DNA of 33,038 bases, taken from assembly GCA_003614675.1 (NCBI GenBank), contig ML002414.1, positions 1 through 33,038 on the forward strand. Direction: 5' to 3'. The position numbers were made by a program, and so were the translations under genes. A model generated the notes under the pieces. The model saw only the letters and a program-made list of their open reading frames with translations. It searched no databases and was not told the origin of the DNA. Every line of letters starts with the position of its first letter. Position 1 is the first letter of the stretch. The DNA comes from Dimargaris cristalligena. Its lineage: Eukaryota. Positions 1 through 13,900 of the stretch are shown piece after piece.

Positions 1-65
1 ATTACCTTTCTCTATTATTATCTATCTTTTCAAATAAAGTTCAGTTTTCAAGGATTTGATTTCAG

Positions 66-650
66 TTCTTTACACCTCCTAATCTGACTTAATCTAGATA
101 TAATGATTATCTATCCCTATTAGGCCTTATAGCACTATATTTACCTTCCCATAGTCACCCCTAGTACTATGGGATCACCCTATATCCCATAATTATTCCC
201 CTTCTGGATGCCTAAGTTTGCACTAATCACTCCAGTGCTGATCTGAAGACTCTTCCGGTTCCCATGAGAGTCTTCTAGATCCTCACAGCTATCCAGTCAG
301 CTTATTTATCATACCTTAGTCTTAGTAATATCCTCCTTCAGGGACCTCCCTCTGGAGTTGTCTCCTGCATATATATGACTGGGCCCCATTGGGACTAGTT
401 AGATTCCTTAGCTTATTCTTACCCTTTAGTTTACCCCCAAATAACTCTATATATACTCACCCCCTCATATTAACCCATAAGTGTACCACTGCATATCCCT
501 TGCATAATCCCATCACCTAAGCCTTTATTAGTTAGTACCATACCCCCACCTAATACTAGTAGCCTACTTGACTGAGTCTAAGCCCTACCTACTATTAGAA
601 GCCTATCCTCAGGACTCTTAATGGACTAAGAGTGGTTAACCCAAGCAACA
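66..650. mobile_element. Degenerate solo-LTR-like repeat, copy 1 (~585 bp; left boundary uncertain by a few bp)
   Basis: Aligns colinearly by eye over its whole length with 31021-31610, e.g. TATTAGGCCTTATAG, TCCCATAGTCACCCCT, GGGACCTCCCTCTGGAG, TTAGAAGCCTATCC, ATGGACTAAGAGT. Similarity stops at ...CAACA (650). Only one CpG (256-257). Flanks TTCAG (61-65) and GTCAG (651-655) are a 4/5 match, a possible decayed 5-bp TSD. No adjacent PBS, PPT or gag/pol recognised. Confidence 0.75.
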
Positions 651-3600
651 GTCAGATTATACCAACCTACCCCCTAATTGAGTACATACATCACTAATGA
701 GTCTTCAAATTCACTAGCTTAGATGATTCAAATTCAGTATCTTATTTAGTATTAATGAAGGCACAATAGTACATAAAAATTTTACTATATTCTCAATTGT
801 TTATATTTAGTCCATCTATACCCACCCTTGGTGAAATTATACCTACGTTTTCGTAAAGTAAATATGCAAATACTGTGCCATTGGTGGATTATCGACACAT
901 CCATTTTGAAGGCTTGGGCGTAATTTAGGTTTTCAGATTATGCACTGGGTATCCCCTAAACTGCTTCGCCCACTTTGACAATCACAGACCAGCCAACTTC
1001 ATAACAACTAACAGGCCCTACGTTAACCACTATAGTTAAGCGACCCCTGTCCAGACTGCAGGCTGATTGGAATAATAGCATTCGCCAATGGCTGGAGAAG
1101 CCTGCTAAGGTAGGAGCAACCTAATCCCTTTCATGTACGACGCTCGAGTGACTCGAACTTAAGCCAATTGACATAGGGAAGATAGGAATCGTGTGCTACT
1201 TTCAAGAAGAGCTGTGCCCAAGTCATGGAGCAGAGGCTATCTGTTCGAGATGCCGAAAAGCGAGAAATCGAAACCTATAAGGCTTGTCCTTCGTTATTAT
1301 CTTTAAACCATTCCTTTTTACGTAAGAAATTCCAAAGAGTGTATAATTCAAATAATTCATATATTGTAAACGGCATGTATGAACATGAGAAGGCTTCTTG
1401 CACAAACCTGAGGGGAAGCCTGGCCTGTAACTCGGCCGCTACCTTATGTACAGCCAAATTGTGGGGTTTAATGCACTTTCGCTGATGTATTTACTCCTCG
1501 AGATAATGGCCTCGAAGATATTATAAAGACCCGACCAATTCGACGTATGGCTGGAGGTATGTTACCTTTAATTGAGTCTACGTTGGCATCCATTGGTGTA
1601 TTAGAAGAGGCCCCATGACTTGGTTGACTGACCAAGTTGTTCTAGTCTCGAGGAATAGCCCGCCAAATAAAAGCAATCAGGGGACCACATGCCCATAGAC
1701 TAGTCGCCCCTACACGGCCGATTTCTAACTAAGCTATCGATTGGCTCAAGCCCGTAGTACCATAGACCCTTTTAGAGTACTTGAACTATCACCCACCCCT
1801 GCCTTGGCTCAACTAGTCACCGACGCGCTAGACTCTTCTCATACCCATAGGAATTTCCGTTAGTGCGATTATTTAAACTCACTATTATTTAGCGCACATG
1901 TTACCCAAACCCAAAGTTATACCGATACCTAAGCGTCGAATTCAATGACCAATCAGCTATTTTTTATCGCACACTCCTTTGGCAACACATGTTCCCCGCG
2001 AAAGTCGATAGATATTGGTATGTGCCACCTGAACTCATCGCACTAAAAGGGATGCATTGGGCACCCCTCTCAGGTGCTAAGCCCAGCAGCATTTTCATTA
2101 TTTTGGCTCTTGGATAACTAGCTAATAGGTATAGAATTTCTGGGACTGGGCACCGTGGAGCCTGGAGGAGTATGTCACCCAACGGACTATTCAGTGGCTA
2201 ACTGCCCTTCCGACATGACTAAAAGATCATTTTACAAAAGCATGGGCCCAAGGCAGGGGTACTAAGGACATTGTTTGCCCTTGCGGTCCTACCCAACAGA
2301 GCAGGAGAGGAGAAGCCTCGGTCAGGGGAAACTACACCCCCAAACCAACGAGGTAAATATCATCCCAGTCCGACCTACCAATACACCCTGGCGTAAATTC
2401 AACCAGTAGTGCCTAATTACTCATCCTTGAGTCTCTAAATTCTAGTACGTGCTGGAATTATTTACCAAAGAACACTGTGTGAGTCGACTGACTTTCTATA
2501 TGATCACCATATTGGTCCTCCGAAGCTGACACGCTTTCACACTGTGGAGCAAGGAGCGCTCCCAATACAGTGTGATAATATGAAGTCTAATTCCCATAAC
2601 TACACCAGCGTGTCAGCCATCCCATCGCTCCTCTCTAAGTTTAGGTCGTAAATCCTAAGGATGTTATTGAAGAGTAGCCAATGGGGGCCCAACGCAGTAT
2701 CGTGTTTATTTACCTGAACCCAATAATCTAGGCGGTGGATCTCGCAACACTGAACTAGAGGTCAAAGTATACTCCGCCTGTGTGGACATTGACACACTGG
2801 CCATACACTTCCAACCCCACATTGCTATTGAACTACTTGAAACTGATGTCTAGTGTTTCAGTCAATAGCCACGGCAGGCTGTTGTAACAATCCCGTCCAC
2901 CGTTAATAATTAGCTATTTAGGCGAATCGATTAATATCGCTTAGTTTAGCAAGCTGGTGGTTAGTAACAGATGGCTCTAGCGACTCAATACTGATTTTAA
3001 TGGTTAGGCATATGGTTTTGCAACATACAGTTTAGAAATATCAGTCGGACATGTCTAGTTAGAATGCCTAACATGGGCTATTAGTTTTGAGCGGCAACTC
3101 GATTCTCTACATTTCTACACCGCTTGACATCTCCATGACAATTAGATACATACCACACAGCTAAATAGAATAGTTAGACGTTAAAAGATGCACTATTCAT
3201 TAACACTCAAGGTAGAGTACAAGTTTAGTGGCCGCTGTGAGCGAGTATTGGATAAAGTGTGCACCAACAAGCAATATCCCGAAGCCCGCATTTGCTTACA
3301 TTTTAGTGGCCCAATGCCTAAACCAAAACAATCCTTTCGAAATCCACCCATCTAGAGAGGAAGGCATAACAATAACATTGGCTATAATATTGGCCGTATA
3401 CAATCAATGCAATGTTTATTTTAACCAGTGCCTCACGTCTCCCACTGGTAGGCCAATAACTTACCCATGTGCGTACGTTAAAGCATGGTGTGCTTCCGCT
3501 CGATATATGTGGGTACCGTACATTGTCGTAGACACAGTTATGTATTTGACGCTTTGGGCGTTTTATTGAGCAAACTGCCTTTAGCGGGGTGGCGAGTATT

Positions 3601-6600
3601 ACCGCGGGCTGTGGTGGTTGGCAACTGTGTAATCAATAAAGACAAAACCCCGCGTCAATACCCTAGCTTGACCCTCCATGGTCCAACGGCCATCTATAAC
3701 ATGGCCAGAACTAAAACTCCGCTGATAGCATCCATCGCGTATGTGTAACCTCAGGCCAAGGTATAATGGTACTCCGCCAAGCGTAAAGTCCTGGGGCACA
3801 TATTGTGTTCAGGTGGCCAAGACTGCCCTTTAAACCGCCAGGCTCCATTCGGACTCTTTTGTAAGTACACTGCGGACGTATCTAATCACAGAACACGGAT
3901 CACCCCCATAGTGTTCACTATTTAATCCGAACGCGTACTGGATTATAAAATTGGCATATTTCCATGTAAAGCGAATGCGGTAAACTTGGATCGCAAGCTA
4001 AAGAATAAAAAATCCACCAGGGCCTAGGAGCCAGGGTTATTATGGGTTACAATGTTAATGCCCTGCATTGCTCATCGAATGTATGTTATCAACGCCCACC
4101 CTGGTTATCATAAATCGAGATGATCGAGCTGATCCCCAGAGATGGACAGGTAGTGTAGAGTTTACAGCACTTGAGACTCACCAGTGGGAAGAGGGGATTG
4201 CCTCAGTTGTCCAGGCTGGTGGACCAGGGTTGTTATTGGTGATGAGCATTAGGTGTACGGGGAAAGCCATGCCCCTCAACTGGGGTCAACTGAGAAGTAC
4301 TGGGGACTTTCCTGGGTATCAATATTCAAAAAATTACTATGATTAACCATACTATATACTACATACCGCTTTGTTTTCCAACCAATGTTGCTATACAACT
4401 TCAGTCGTTGAGAGTGTTCAAGTGGTGGAAATATACCCGACCAAAATGATGCAAAAACCACTGGTATTGCAATCCTGCTGGACGTGAATCATCGACCGAT
4501 ATGCAGGCTATTCCTTAACAATCCGGCCTTTTCCGTTCGCTAGGTCGGCTCAGGCCATTTCAATGTTAACCAGTTGGTTAATCAAAGAACAATACAGTAT
4601 ATGTCCACCTTTCGGGATATTCCTACCACCAGATCCGACAGCTCAAGGGCTTCAGGTGACTAGGCTGTTTCTGGTGTGACATGCATAATGACTAATCCAA
4701 TTGCAGCAGTCGCCGTGGAGGTCTTCTGCGCATGACTACTCAATTCAACAATAGGCACATCCACGAAAGCCGTATATTTGATACCCCCAATAAGCGACGC
4801 CCTGCAATCCCAAAGGCAGGTTACACAATCCCGCCACTCCATCCCAATACCGTTATTAGTACCCAATATTATTCTAAAGGGTTCCCCCACTTACTCTATT
4901 CCTTAAGCCCAATCCATTCTGCACATCCTGCTGGATTAGGCCTGGGTAGTCTTTTTATCACTACAATATAGTAAAAGTGGTGTAAATCGAGGCGAACATG
5001 CGTATTCTTCCAACCAGCCTGCTTCCATGACCTAAACCATGCGATTTAGCATTTGTTTAGGGATTAGCATGATGGCCCTTTCGGCAGCTTCACTCAATCA
5101 CACTATCTCGGAGAAACATAGCTGGACTTTTAGGATATAAAAAACTCCGCCTGTATAGTAACCACAAGTGTCGGCAAGGGTTTCAGTAACTGTTGGTGAT
5201 GCTAGGCATGGAAGCGGGTGGATAGTATCAGTGGAAAACATACTAGGCTAAACTTAGTGTTATATTCCCATGAAGAGGGAAGCGGCTTATCGGTATTTTG
5301 AAACTGCACCAATAGCTGCATGGTGTTATTTTAGTGTCGTTAATCCCGTCGTGACACAACCGGGTCGATTTTGGTCAATACCACCCAACATCGCCAGCTG
5401 TCTGAAACGACCAGGCCTTTTAAAGGATACATTTGGAGTCTGCTATCCCCATCATGAGGTAGGAATAATGATTCTTCGAATTAAGCCCCGCAGCAATCCC
5501 CCGGCCCCGGTTAATGGGGGTCTTTGGAAGGACGGGCCGTACTAAAACTGCGACTCTGGAATACGATGGTTCACCCGTTGCCTACTTATGCGGCCGCGCC
5601 ACGCGGCAATCCCCCCAACCATCGAAAAATCCCCAGCGGTTTGGGCGGGCCTAGCTTAATAAGCCCCGTTCCCGGCAAACGGAGGGGACAAATGACATGC
5701 GTTACCCGCAAGTCGTACGAATCCGCCTGTACTCACAGGGTCTGTCGGGAATGCACTAGAAAGGCATGTAGAACGCATGCGGCCCACCGTCTATTACACA
5801 CCTGGACAGGCACGTACTATGGGTTCCAGCAAAACTGCGATCCTACTGCGAGTTCCGCTCGTAAAGCCTACGTAGACAGCGTAGTTGTGACTAATTCGAA
5901 TGAAGCCCAGACAAGGGCCGGGCAGTTAGGTGGGGAATTCACTGTACTGGCGAAATGAAGCGGCTGCGTTTCCTAAAGACCTGAGCAATGGTGACCTCAA
6001 TAATGGAAGTGGTGGGATTGGCAATGACACCACTGCACTAGAAGGCTGGATTACCTATAATATCTTTCTAATTTATCCACTGGTTATGATCGACTTGCGA
6101 CAATCCTCTGATATTAGCGACATGGGCATTGCGCGCTTACTCCACGTCAGGTTTGGGTCGATATTACACTTTGCTTGGAAGGCCAAATGTCAGATGACAA
6201 AGAACACCATGTCGGAAAATTGTGATATTTCCTCCTTGTTCGGCTGACCACTATAGACCCATAAGTATACAGTCTACTTCCAGTAATCAGCCATATGACC
6301 TTGGCTTCGTAACAAGCAGGTGGTCCATCAATAGCAATTCTTGGTCAGCTACCAGCAGTCCACAGAGAAAAGACGTAAAAGGCTTAGGTACCCCATTCTG
6401 TAGGTATATTTCGAAGAAGATGGTCCTTTGAATAGGGACGGGTGGACAATTTGAAACACAGCCGACGGATTAGCCAATTGGGTGAGCAGATGCATTGGGT
6501 TGGTTGCACCAACTTAAAATATACTCACCAACTTTAGTCATTGATATTCAGCCTATTATAAATGGAACAATACACCAATATTGGGGATTTCCTGACTCTT

Positions 6601-9600
6601 TAGGCCACGCTTGTTTGTAGTGGGAACAAAATATAGAGGCGTTACCTAGCCGATACCCTATGTTATATTTTCAACCGCAAGGATCATTGGGAATAACGAA
6701 GGACATGAGCACCTGAGTCTGACCCAACTTCATCTCCATTTGCCAGTCCACCCCCGATCACATTTTTTTAGAGTTATTCGAAGGAAGAAATAATGATAGG
6801 TTTAGGGAAAAGGAAGAAATATAGTCAACCCGTATCTTTTAGTGTGAGTGTGGAGGTGGGAAATGTCAAGTACAAGAGTTGAAACATCATAGGAGGAAAT
6901 CATATACTAAGTAAAGCGGTAATCTCCAACAATCATTAAACCGTAAGGATGTTATCGTTTGTGATTTCAAGCTATTAATATTTAAGTAATCCATTGTAAA
7001 GACCACTGCATTATTGACTCATACGAGCCTTCCTAAACAGTTATTCATTTGGGGTTATGTTCAAACAATACCGGGGAGATGGGAATGATCGAGTGGCCCG
7101 TTCTTGATTTTTGTATGCTACTATTTTAAATGGGCGTTAAAGGTTTTGTCAATCGTAAACGTATTGTTGTTGTACGAATAAATTTAGTGCATTCACACCT
7201 CTTCAACGCTTGAAACTGAAACATATTATTTACCTTGCATTTCCTTTTCCTTGACCTACCATTGGTACAAACTAATACAACAGTGGAGTATACCATTAAT
7301 AGTCGATCGCCTTGTAGTATACTTATTTCACAAACCGGAAACTTCCTTCACCTCTGGCCTGCATTAGTAAACCGCCCGAAGGTACATGAGGGCAATGGCG
7401 CGATGAAACTCTATCTTCACCATTACTACCTTGTAAACAACCTACTTTCCGGCTGACCAATCGTTAGTAAAGGTAGCTTTACAGGATCCCTCCAGATGAT
7501 TTGTGGCAGGGCGTAAGACAGGTATGGGTGGATAATGCTCTAGACAAATGATAATCGTATATCATACATAAAGCGGCGACGTCTGGTTCGACCGGATAAT
7601 ATGGATAGCGGGTTTGTCGTAAGTAACATATATCGCTTAATAATTGTCGAAATTCTAATGTGGTGGGGAGCATGTGAAGACCGACGAAGCGTCTTTACAT
7701 AATCTGATGAGCGCTGGCCATGTAGTAGCGTAGTCTTATCACCTCCCCATTTATCCAACGTAGCCTGGTATTCATACATTTTTGCTTTTATTGCATAGCA
7801 AATAGGCTTGACTGGTTTCAGGTAGGTCGCAAATTTATATCCGCGGTACACTTGAAAAGGAAAGGGCGCTGAAAATTGAAAATCCCCGCCACATTAGTCC
7901 GATTACAGGCAACTTCCCGTCAAACAGTGACTTCCTTACATTCTCCCTCCAAGTGAACTAGCACAGCCCACCGGGCGAGTTAACGTTGGGCTTTTTCTAG
8001 TGTTTTGCAAGAATCACCCTATACGATTATAATTTTAAAGTGGTGTATATATGTCCCCGCCTTCCTCCGACTCTTTAATTCGCCGGCGTTTTTCCATTTC
8101 TATACACTATCCAGGAGATGCTGTTATGTTTTAGGTTGTTCGTTCATTCACTCCCTTCATCACCAATTTCACACTACAGGCAAGTGATACGAGGAAAGTA
8201 AAATCTACCATTGATAGATTAATGGAACAAGAACACTCTTCGACACAACAGCTGGGCCCCATACCCATTTTTAATCATTATACGGCCAACTTCGATCAGG
8301 GTGGCAGGGTAACTGGTTACGCGTATGAAAAGAAGGGTGGGCAAGGTCCAGTTGGGGGCGCTTTATTCCGACCCTCCTTCCCATTTACTCGATAATAGGT
8401 GGAGAGGAAACTCCGTGCGACTTAAGTTCACCCAGCCTTACACCGGCTATTGGTTCAAGGTGCCAGCGTGGCTCCGGGGTGGGTATTTTCCCCCCACCAC
8501 CACCTTTGGTGGTCAGAGAAATATTTCCTGTGCCGCTTCAATTCAGCGTGAGCCTCTCGAGGGAGATAATCCTAAGTGATACTGCCCCAATACTCCTTTC
8601 CCATCAGCTTCTCGGCCTGAAAGGGAATCCAGAGATTTGGAAGTACTCGGTGATTTGATGATAGCTGGAAAGAAGACCTACCAGAGGTAACGCGGATGAG
8701 CTTTAAAAAATGAGCATTGGCTGGGCTGATAAGTAGACTAACCAATCCCCAGATAATAATGCGGATCCGATACCAAGGCTTCTAACGAACCGATTGCAGT
8801 AGAAAACCAGTTGGCATGTAGATTCGGATTGGTTGGCCAAAGAAATTTGGGTGAGGTCCGAAGCCCAATGGCGAAATAAGTGGAAGGGTGGGGATGGGGA
8901 GAGGGGGGAAACGATAACCGGAATGAAAAGGGTGGGTGAGGGAGGGAGAGAATATGTAACGACCGAACCAATGAATTGCTTGTTATGGGTAGAATCGCTT
9001 ATAAAGTAGCGGAGGAAGATGGGATAGTAAATAGGGAAATGTAGAGTGTGGCATTGATAGCTAAAAGGGTATCTTCTATGCCGACCAATCTTTTAAAATA
9101 GCCACTGTGTGGTGGGAAGTTGGCGTGGTGTGTCCACACAATGAGAGCGGATGGTAAAAGGGCCAATCGCGACTTTAGTGTGCAATTAATTGATGGGCGG
9201 TGCCGAGGGTCGTGGCAGGCAGCAGTCGGAGAAGGTGGCATAACACTCGACATACTGATAGCAACTGACAAATGCGGAAGGGTACTTAATTAGCCATATC
9301 GAAATAGCAGACCCCGCGGCACTAGCCAGGAGAAGTGGGCTATTCACATCCTCTCGGTTCATGGAGCTGTAAAATGGGTGACCATCTTCACCCCTTGCTG
9401 CTCCGGTAATTCAATTTCAGACCAGGGACATACTACGTCGCCCGATAATAGGGCAATGGTATAATGCTGGATAAATAAATTACCAGACAAGTTGGATAAG
9501 CCAGTTTTGCACAAAGCAGGCATGTTCTAATAATTGCAATTGATGTGTTTATTTACTCGAATATGTTAAGCCATAACGCTATTCACATTTAAACCGTTGG

Positions 9601-10091
9601 TGGGATGTTGTTCATTGTGCCAATCCTTCCTCCGACATAAATATAAGTGCTTAGTAGGCTGGCATTATGAAACTGTTGTAACACTAAACTGACCAGGGCT
9701 GGCATCGATCGGCAGCACACCGACGCATGGGGGAGAAATGAGTTCAATTTAGATGAGAGGAGGAGGGAGATATTACATAGTCTACTTCGGAGTGCACATT
9801 TAATTTGGACTGCCTGGCAATATGTGGGTGAGGAGGAAGGGGGCGACGGCTGTCCAAAGACCTCCCCAATAACTGGCGATTTCGTCAGCATCCAATGAGG
9901 GTTAGGGAAGTACTTATGTATATGGTGGGTGCCCCTTTCGCTCCATTCAATACAGTCCAGTCGCCGAATCCATTGGGACTGGACGGAGGGGGATTGCAGT
10001 AGATGGATAAATCCCAGTACCCATTGGCCAACCGGCAATTTTTCCGGTATTGCCACATGCCGTATGGGGCCACTAAATTGATAGAACCATG

Positions 10092-10109
10092 TATTATTAT
10101 TATTATTAT
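10092..10109. repeat. (TAT)6 microsatellite
   Basis: TATTATTATTATTATTAT read directly. Confidence 0.9.
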
Positions 10110-10954
10110 CTCCTCTCCTCATCCTACACGGTGCTTTCATATAGCGTGCGTGCGTGGAACGGAACAGAGACCTATGTGGCCACAGCTAATCGCGGGCCAA
10201 GTAGGAGGCGGGGGCGGGTAGCCCTTACGTATGTGTCGAGTGCCGATGGCTCTCCCTCCCCTCTTCCCTGACCACTCAAGGAGTCTATACGCCCAGAGCT
10301 ATTCATATGTCGCCCAAAGGGCCGTGTAGTATAAACAGATAACGAAAAACCCCAGGACGCACAGACACATGTGAGAAAAAGTGCGATGGGTAAAGGAGGG
10401 GACGTTATTAGTGGTGGAGTGGCATTGGTAACCAAAGTGTTCTGTGGGTGTAATTCGCCAAGTAGCCCAAAGCAATTCGCCCAATCCATGTGGCTTAAGG
10501 AAGGGCAATTGAACAATCCAATAAAATTTGTTCATCCATCACTCCCACCTAAAGTGGCCAGCGACAAAGAGAGAGGGAGGAGGCGACGATATTGTTAGCC
10601 ATCGCTGACCAAAATGACCTCCCCTTTAGGCAAGTTCATTGAAGTAAGGTTAAGGTAAAGGGGCTCAATAACCCTATTGTTGCCTTTTTCAACTAACTTT
10701 AGGTCAGTGTTTAGCCGAATAGGTGGGTCTTGGTTTAAGAATGCCTTTCAAGGAGCCACACTGTACCTCCCCAAGATAGCACCGCCCTGTTTCACTGCCA
10801 CTTAGGTTAGCTTAAATCATTTACCGCTTGGAATGCGTGACTATCCTTTCTGTCTAATTGGACCATTGAAGGGTTTTCACGATACTGAGGTATCACCACC
10901 ACTACTACCACCACCCTCCTCTAAAGGAGAGCTCCCAAGACTCTCTCCCAGTCG

Positions 10955-10972
10955 CTCTCTCTCTCTCTCTCT
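10955..10972. repeat. (CT)9 microsatellite
   Basis: CTCTCTCTCTCTCTCTCT read directly. Confidence 0.9.
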
Positions 10973-13900
10973 GGATGATTGTTTATCATGGGGAGCTGGT
11001 TAGATATGCGATGTCTCACCCATCATCCCATTTTCCATCTTCGCCAATCGAGGGCTGCCGCATGGGGGGAGCTGTATGAACCGGAATATATCGGGGAATA
11101 GACCTCGCAGTCCACCCGCCTCAGTCAGTCGTCGCTGGATTTCCAGGGATGCGGGGAGGTGGGTTGGGCAAAGAGTGAATCAGCCGAAACTTCGGACGAA
11201 TAAATTCGGTGGGAGAGTTAAGCCGCCATAAACGTCACTTTCCAGTTCCGGACGCAGGAGGTATGAAACACTCGATAGGGCGCGGCGGGAGTCGAGTAAA
11301 TGAATAGAATAAGAGTGGCTGCAATGAGGTGTACGTCGGTGGTGTGAATTGTGGAATATAGGAGGGTGGGGGTCTTTTTAGTTGTGCAGGTTTGTATCCC
11401 AAGCAAAGGCGGAACCAACAGCGGACTTGAGTGGTGTGGGCGGGACTACAACGCGGGTGGGAGAGCCGAGAGAGGGTAGTATAGGGTACATTAGCTTGGC
11501 TAGTATAATACAATATAATGAACGCCGAGCTATAAAACCACTCAAAGCGGCCGGAGAATTAGAAGACGTGTATGGTTCTGGACCATTCCGAGACAAGGCG
11601 CTAGGGAGTGAATGGACTAGGGTGGTGTAGAAAAGGGAACATGGAAAAGGAAAATCGACTATCCAAAAGGCTTGTTTGGTGGCGCCGCTGTAAACACGAC
11701 CGCCTGCCCTATTTTGGGATGGACCTCTAATGCCATCATTATGGGAAATAGCAATAGCCTGTTGGACTTTTATGCGAAAGAATCTAATAATAATACGGAC
11801 TCAATAAACCCAATAGAAATTCCTTTTTGGCCAGTGTTTATAATCCGCTCGCAGTGGATGTACGGTGGGACAAGTAACCACTATTCCCAGCTGAACATTT
11901 ACCCGCTGGGCTTGATATCCCTCTCCCTTTATTACACAAAGAAATATCCAAATCCCGTCGCAATAGCATTGCCGTATAGAGTACGTATCAGCGATGGCTA
12001 AAAGCAAGGAAATCCGTGAAAATGGGGCAATACAAGGGGATGATCCTACTACTGGGAGGGGCCAAATAGTGATTTAATGAAATGTCGCAAGCACTGGCTG
12101 AAACCCAAGCCAGGTAGGGTAGAGTAATTCACATCACCCGGCGGGCCAACCACAACTAAAGCAGCATGAAGAAGTATACGCCACTGGGTGGGTTGATCGG
12201 GCCATTGTTCGTGGCAATCTTGGGCAGGAGGAGTATGTACGAGAATAGTGTTAAATAGAATAGGAGGAAAGGTAGGGAGGCCTTGACCATCAATTGGCAG
12301 CCACCGACCGACCAACCGCCACCTAATTGTCACTTACTCCGAAACCCGGGATTCCCGAATGACACACTCACCATGGCACCCGCATCGCCTTCTTTAAAGG
12401 GCCCACCGAAAAGGATAAAATCATGTAAAGAAAGCAAGTGAAAGTAGGTTCGAAACAACCGGTTTTGCAACCGGCAATGCATGCGTAGGCGGAAGTACAT
12501 GCCATTTCAGCCCAGGCAGTGGAAGCTCATTAGATGCAATGCCACGCTACCTTTTGCTCTTCTCATCCTTCCCCCTTTCTTCCCCTGCCACTTCTGGCTA
12601 AAAGTAATCCCACTATGTTCCCATCCCATCCCACCCCTCGCCTCATCTCTGTCCCTCCCCCCTGAGGCGGGCGAACCCGAGCATCGGCATCAACCCAATG
12701 ACTCTTGGGATTACCCCCTTAAACACCATGAGCGATTTGGAAGGTCACTATTACTCCTAATCACAGTTCAAATAACAGAGAACGGAGGAGAGAGGAGGTT
12801 CACCCACTTTGACAGGCAGCAAAGCCCTTCCTCCCCCGTGAAGCACGAAGAGACCCTGCCCCAGGCGGAGTGAATAGCGAGACCCGATTGAAATCACCCT
12901 CGCTCACTGGTGTCTGGATAATACAAGCTGACAGTGCGGCGCCACAATGCCAATAGCCGCCGTGGTCTGGGCAAAGATTTGAGGTTGGTCATCAAATGAG
13001 TGGTGCGGCTCACAAAAAATCGTATGTAGGTTGACCCTTATTGACCTTTCCTGAACCCACACACATCCACTATAATGTCCAAAGCATTACCCTGGCTTAC
13101 CAATGGACCATGTATTGGGACGAGCCACATAAACACATACACAACACTCCATCTCTTCCCAGTCCCATGGATACACCGCTATTTATCTCGTGAAAGTGTT
13201 TTATCTTGGTAGTATTTTTGGACCTCCCCAAAGGCCAATTGAATTTTCGCCATTGTATTCACTCCAGTCACCGCGGTAATGATAACAACAGCATAGACAA
13301 TCCAGGCTTTAATGAGGGCCCCCAGGGGACTGTGGGAGGTGCTGGGTGGCCAAGGAAATATAGACGCGTTCTACCTCCATTGCCAGATTGTATTGTACCA
13401 GCGGCATGGGTGGTGGCGGTGCAGTGAAATTTTTCAAAAACAGCCATCTTGGTGCCCAGTGTGGCTGAGAAAGATATCCTTCGTCGGAGCTGAAACAAAA
13501 GGCCGCACGGCAGGGAAAGCTTTCTTTTATTCGGTCACCGACTTCCCAGCGGAATGGATCCCTGCTGGTTATTTATTCGGCCTAGTAAATAGAAGAAGCG
13601 GGATGCTTCGTGGCTAGAGCCTAGAATGACCTACCCTTCGCTCGTCCCATTCGAGAAATTCGGGCTGGTCTGCGCCTCCCCACTTTTAGCCGCAGACCTC
13701 CATTTCATCCAGCAGCCCATTCAACTCTATTATCCTCTTCCTACATTGGCGATGTAAAGGACAATCTTCAAATCGCCCACCATCTTGAAGGTCGGCTGGA
13801 CACAACAATGACTAACCAAGTCCAGGCTTTCTATCTTTCTTTCTGCTGGTGCAAGGAATGAATAGAGTTCCTCTTTCAGCATCGCAGAATCTCAAAAACC

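Noticed and set aside
4400..4445. Translation LRVFKWWKYTRPK resembling a hAT dimerisation-domain start
   Set aside because: The expected downstream P-x-L...S-E-R-x-F-S motif is absent in the frames I checked.
12440..12480. GGTTCGAA resembling a tRNA T-loop or B box
   Set aside because: No cloverleaf stems or A box in the surrounding sequence.
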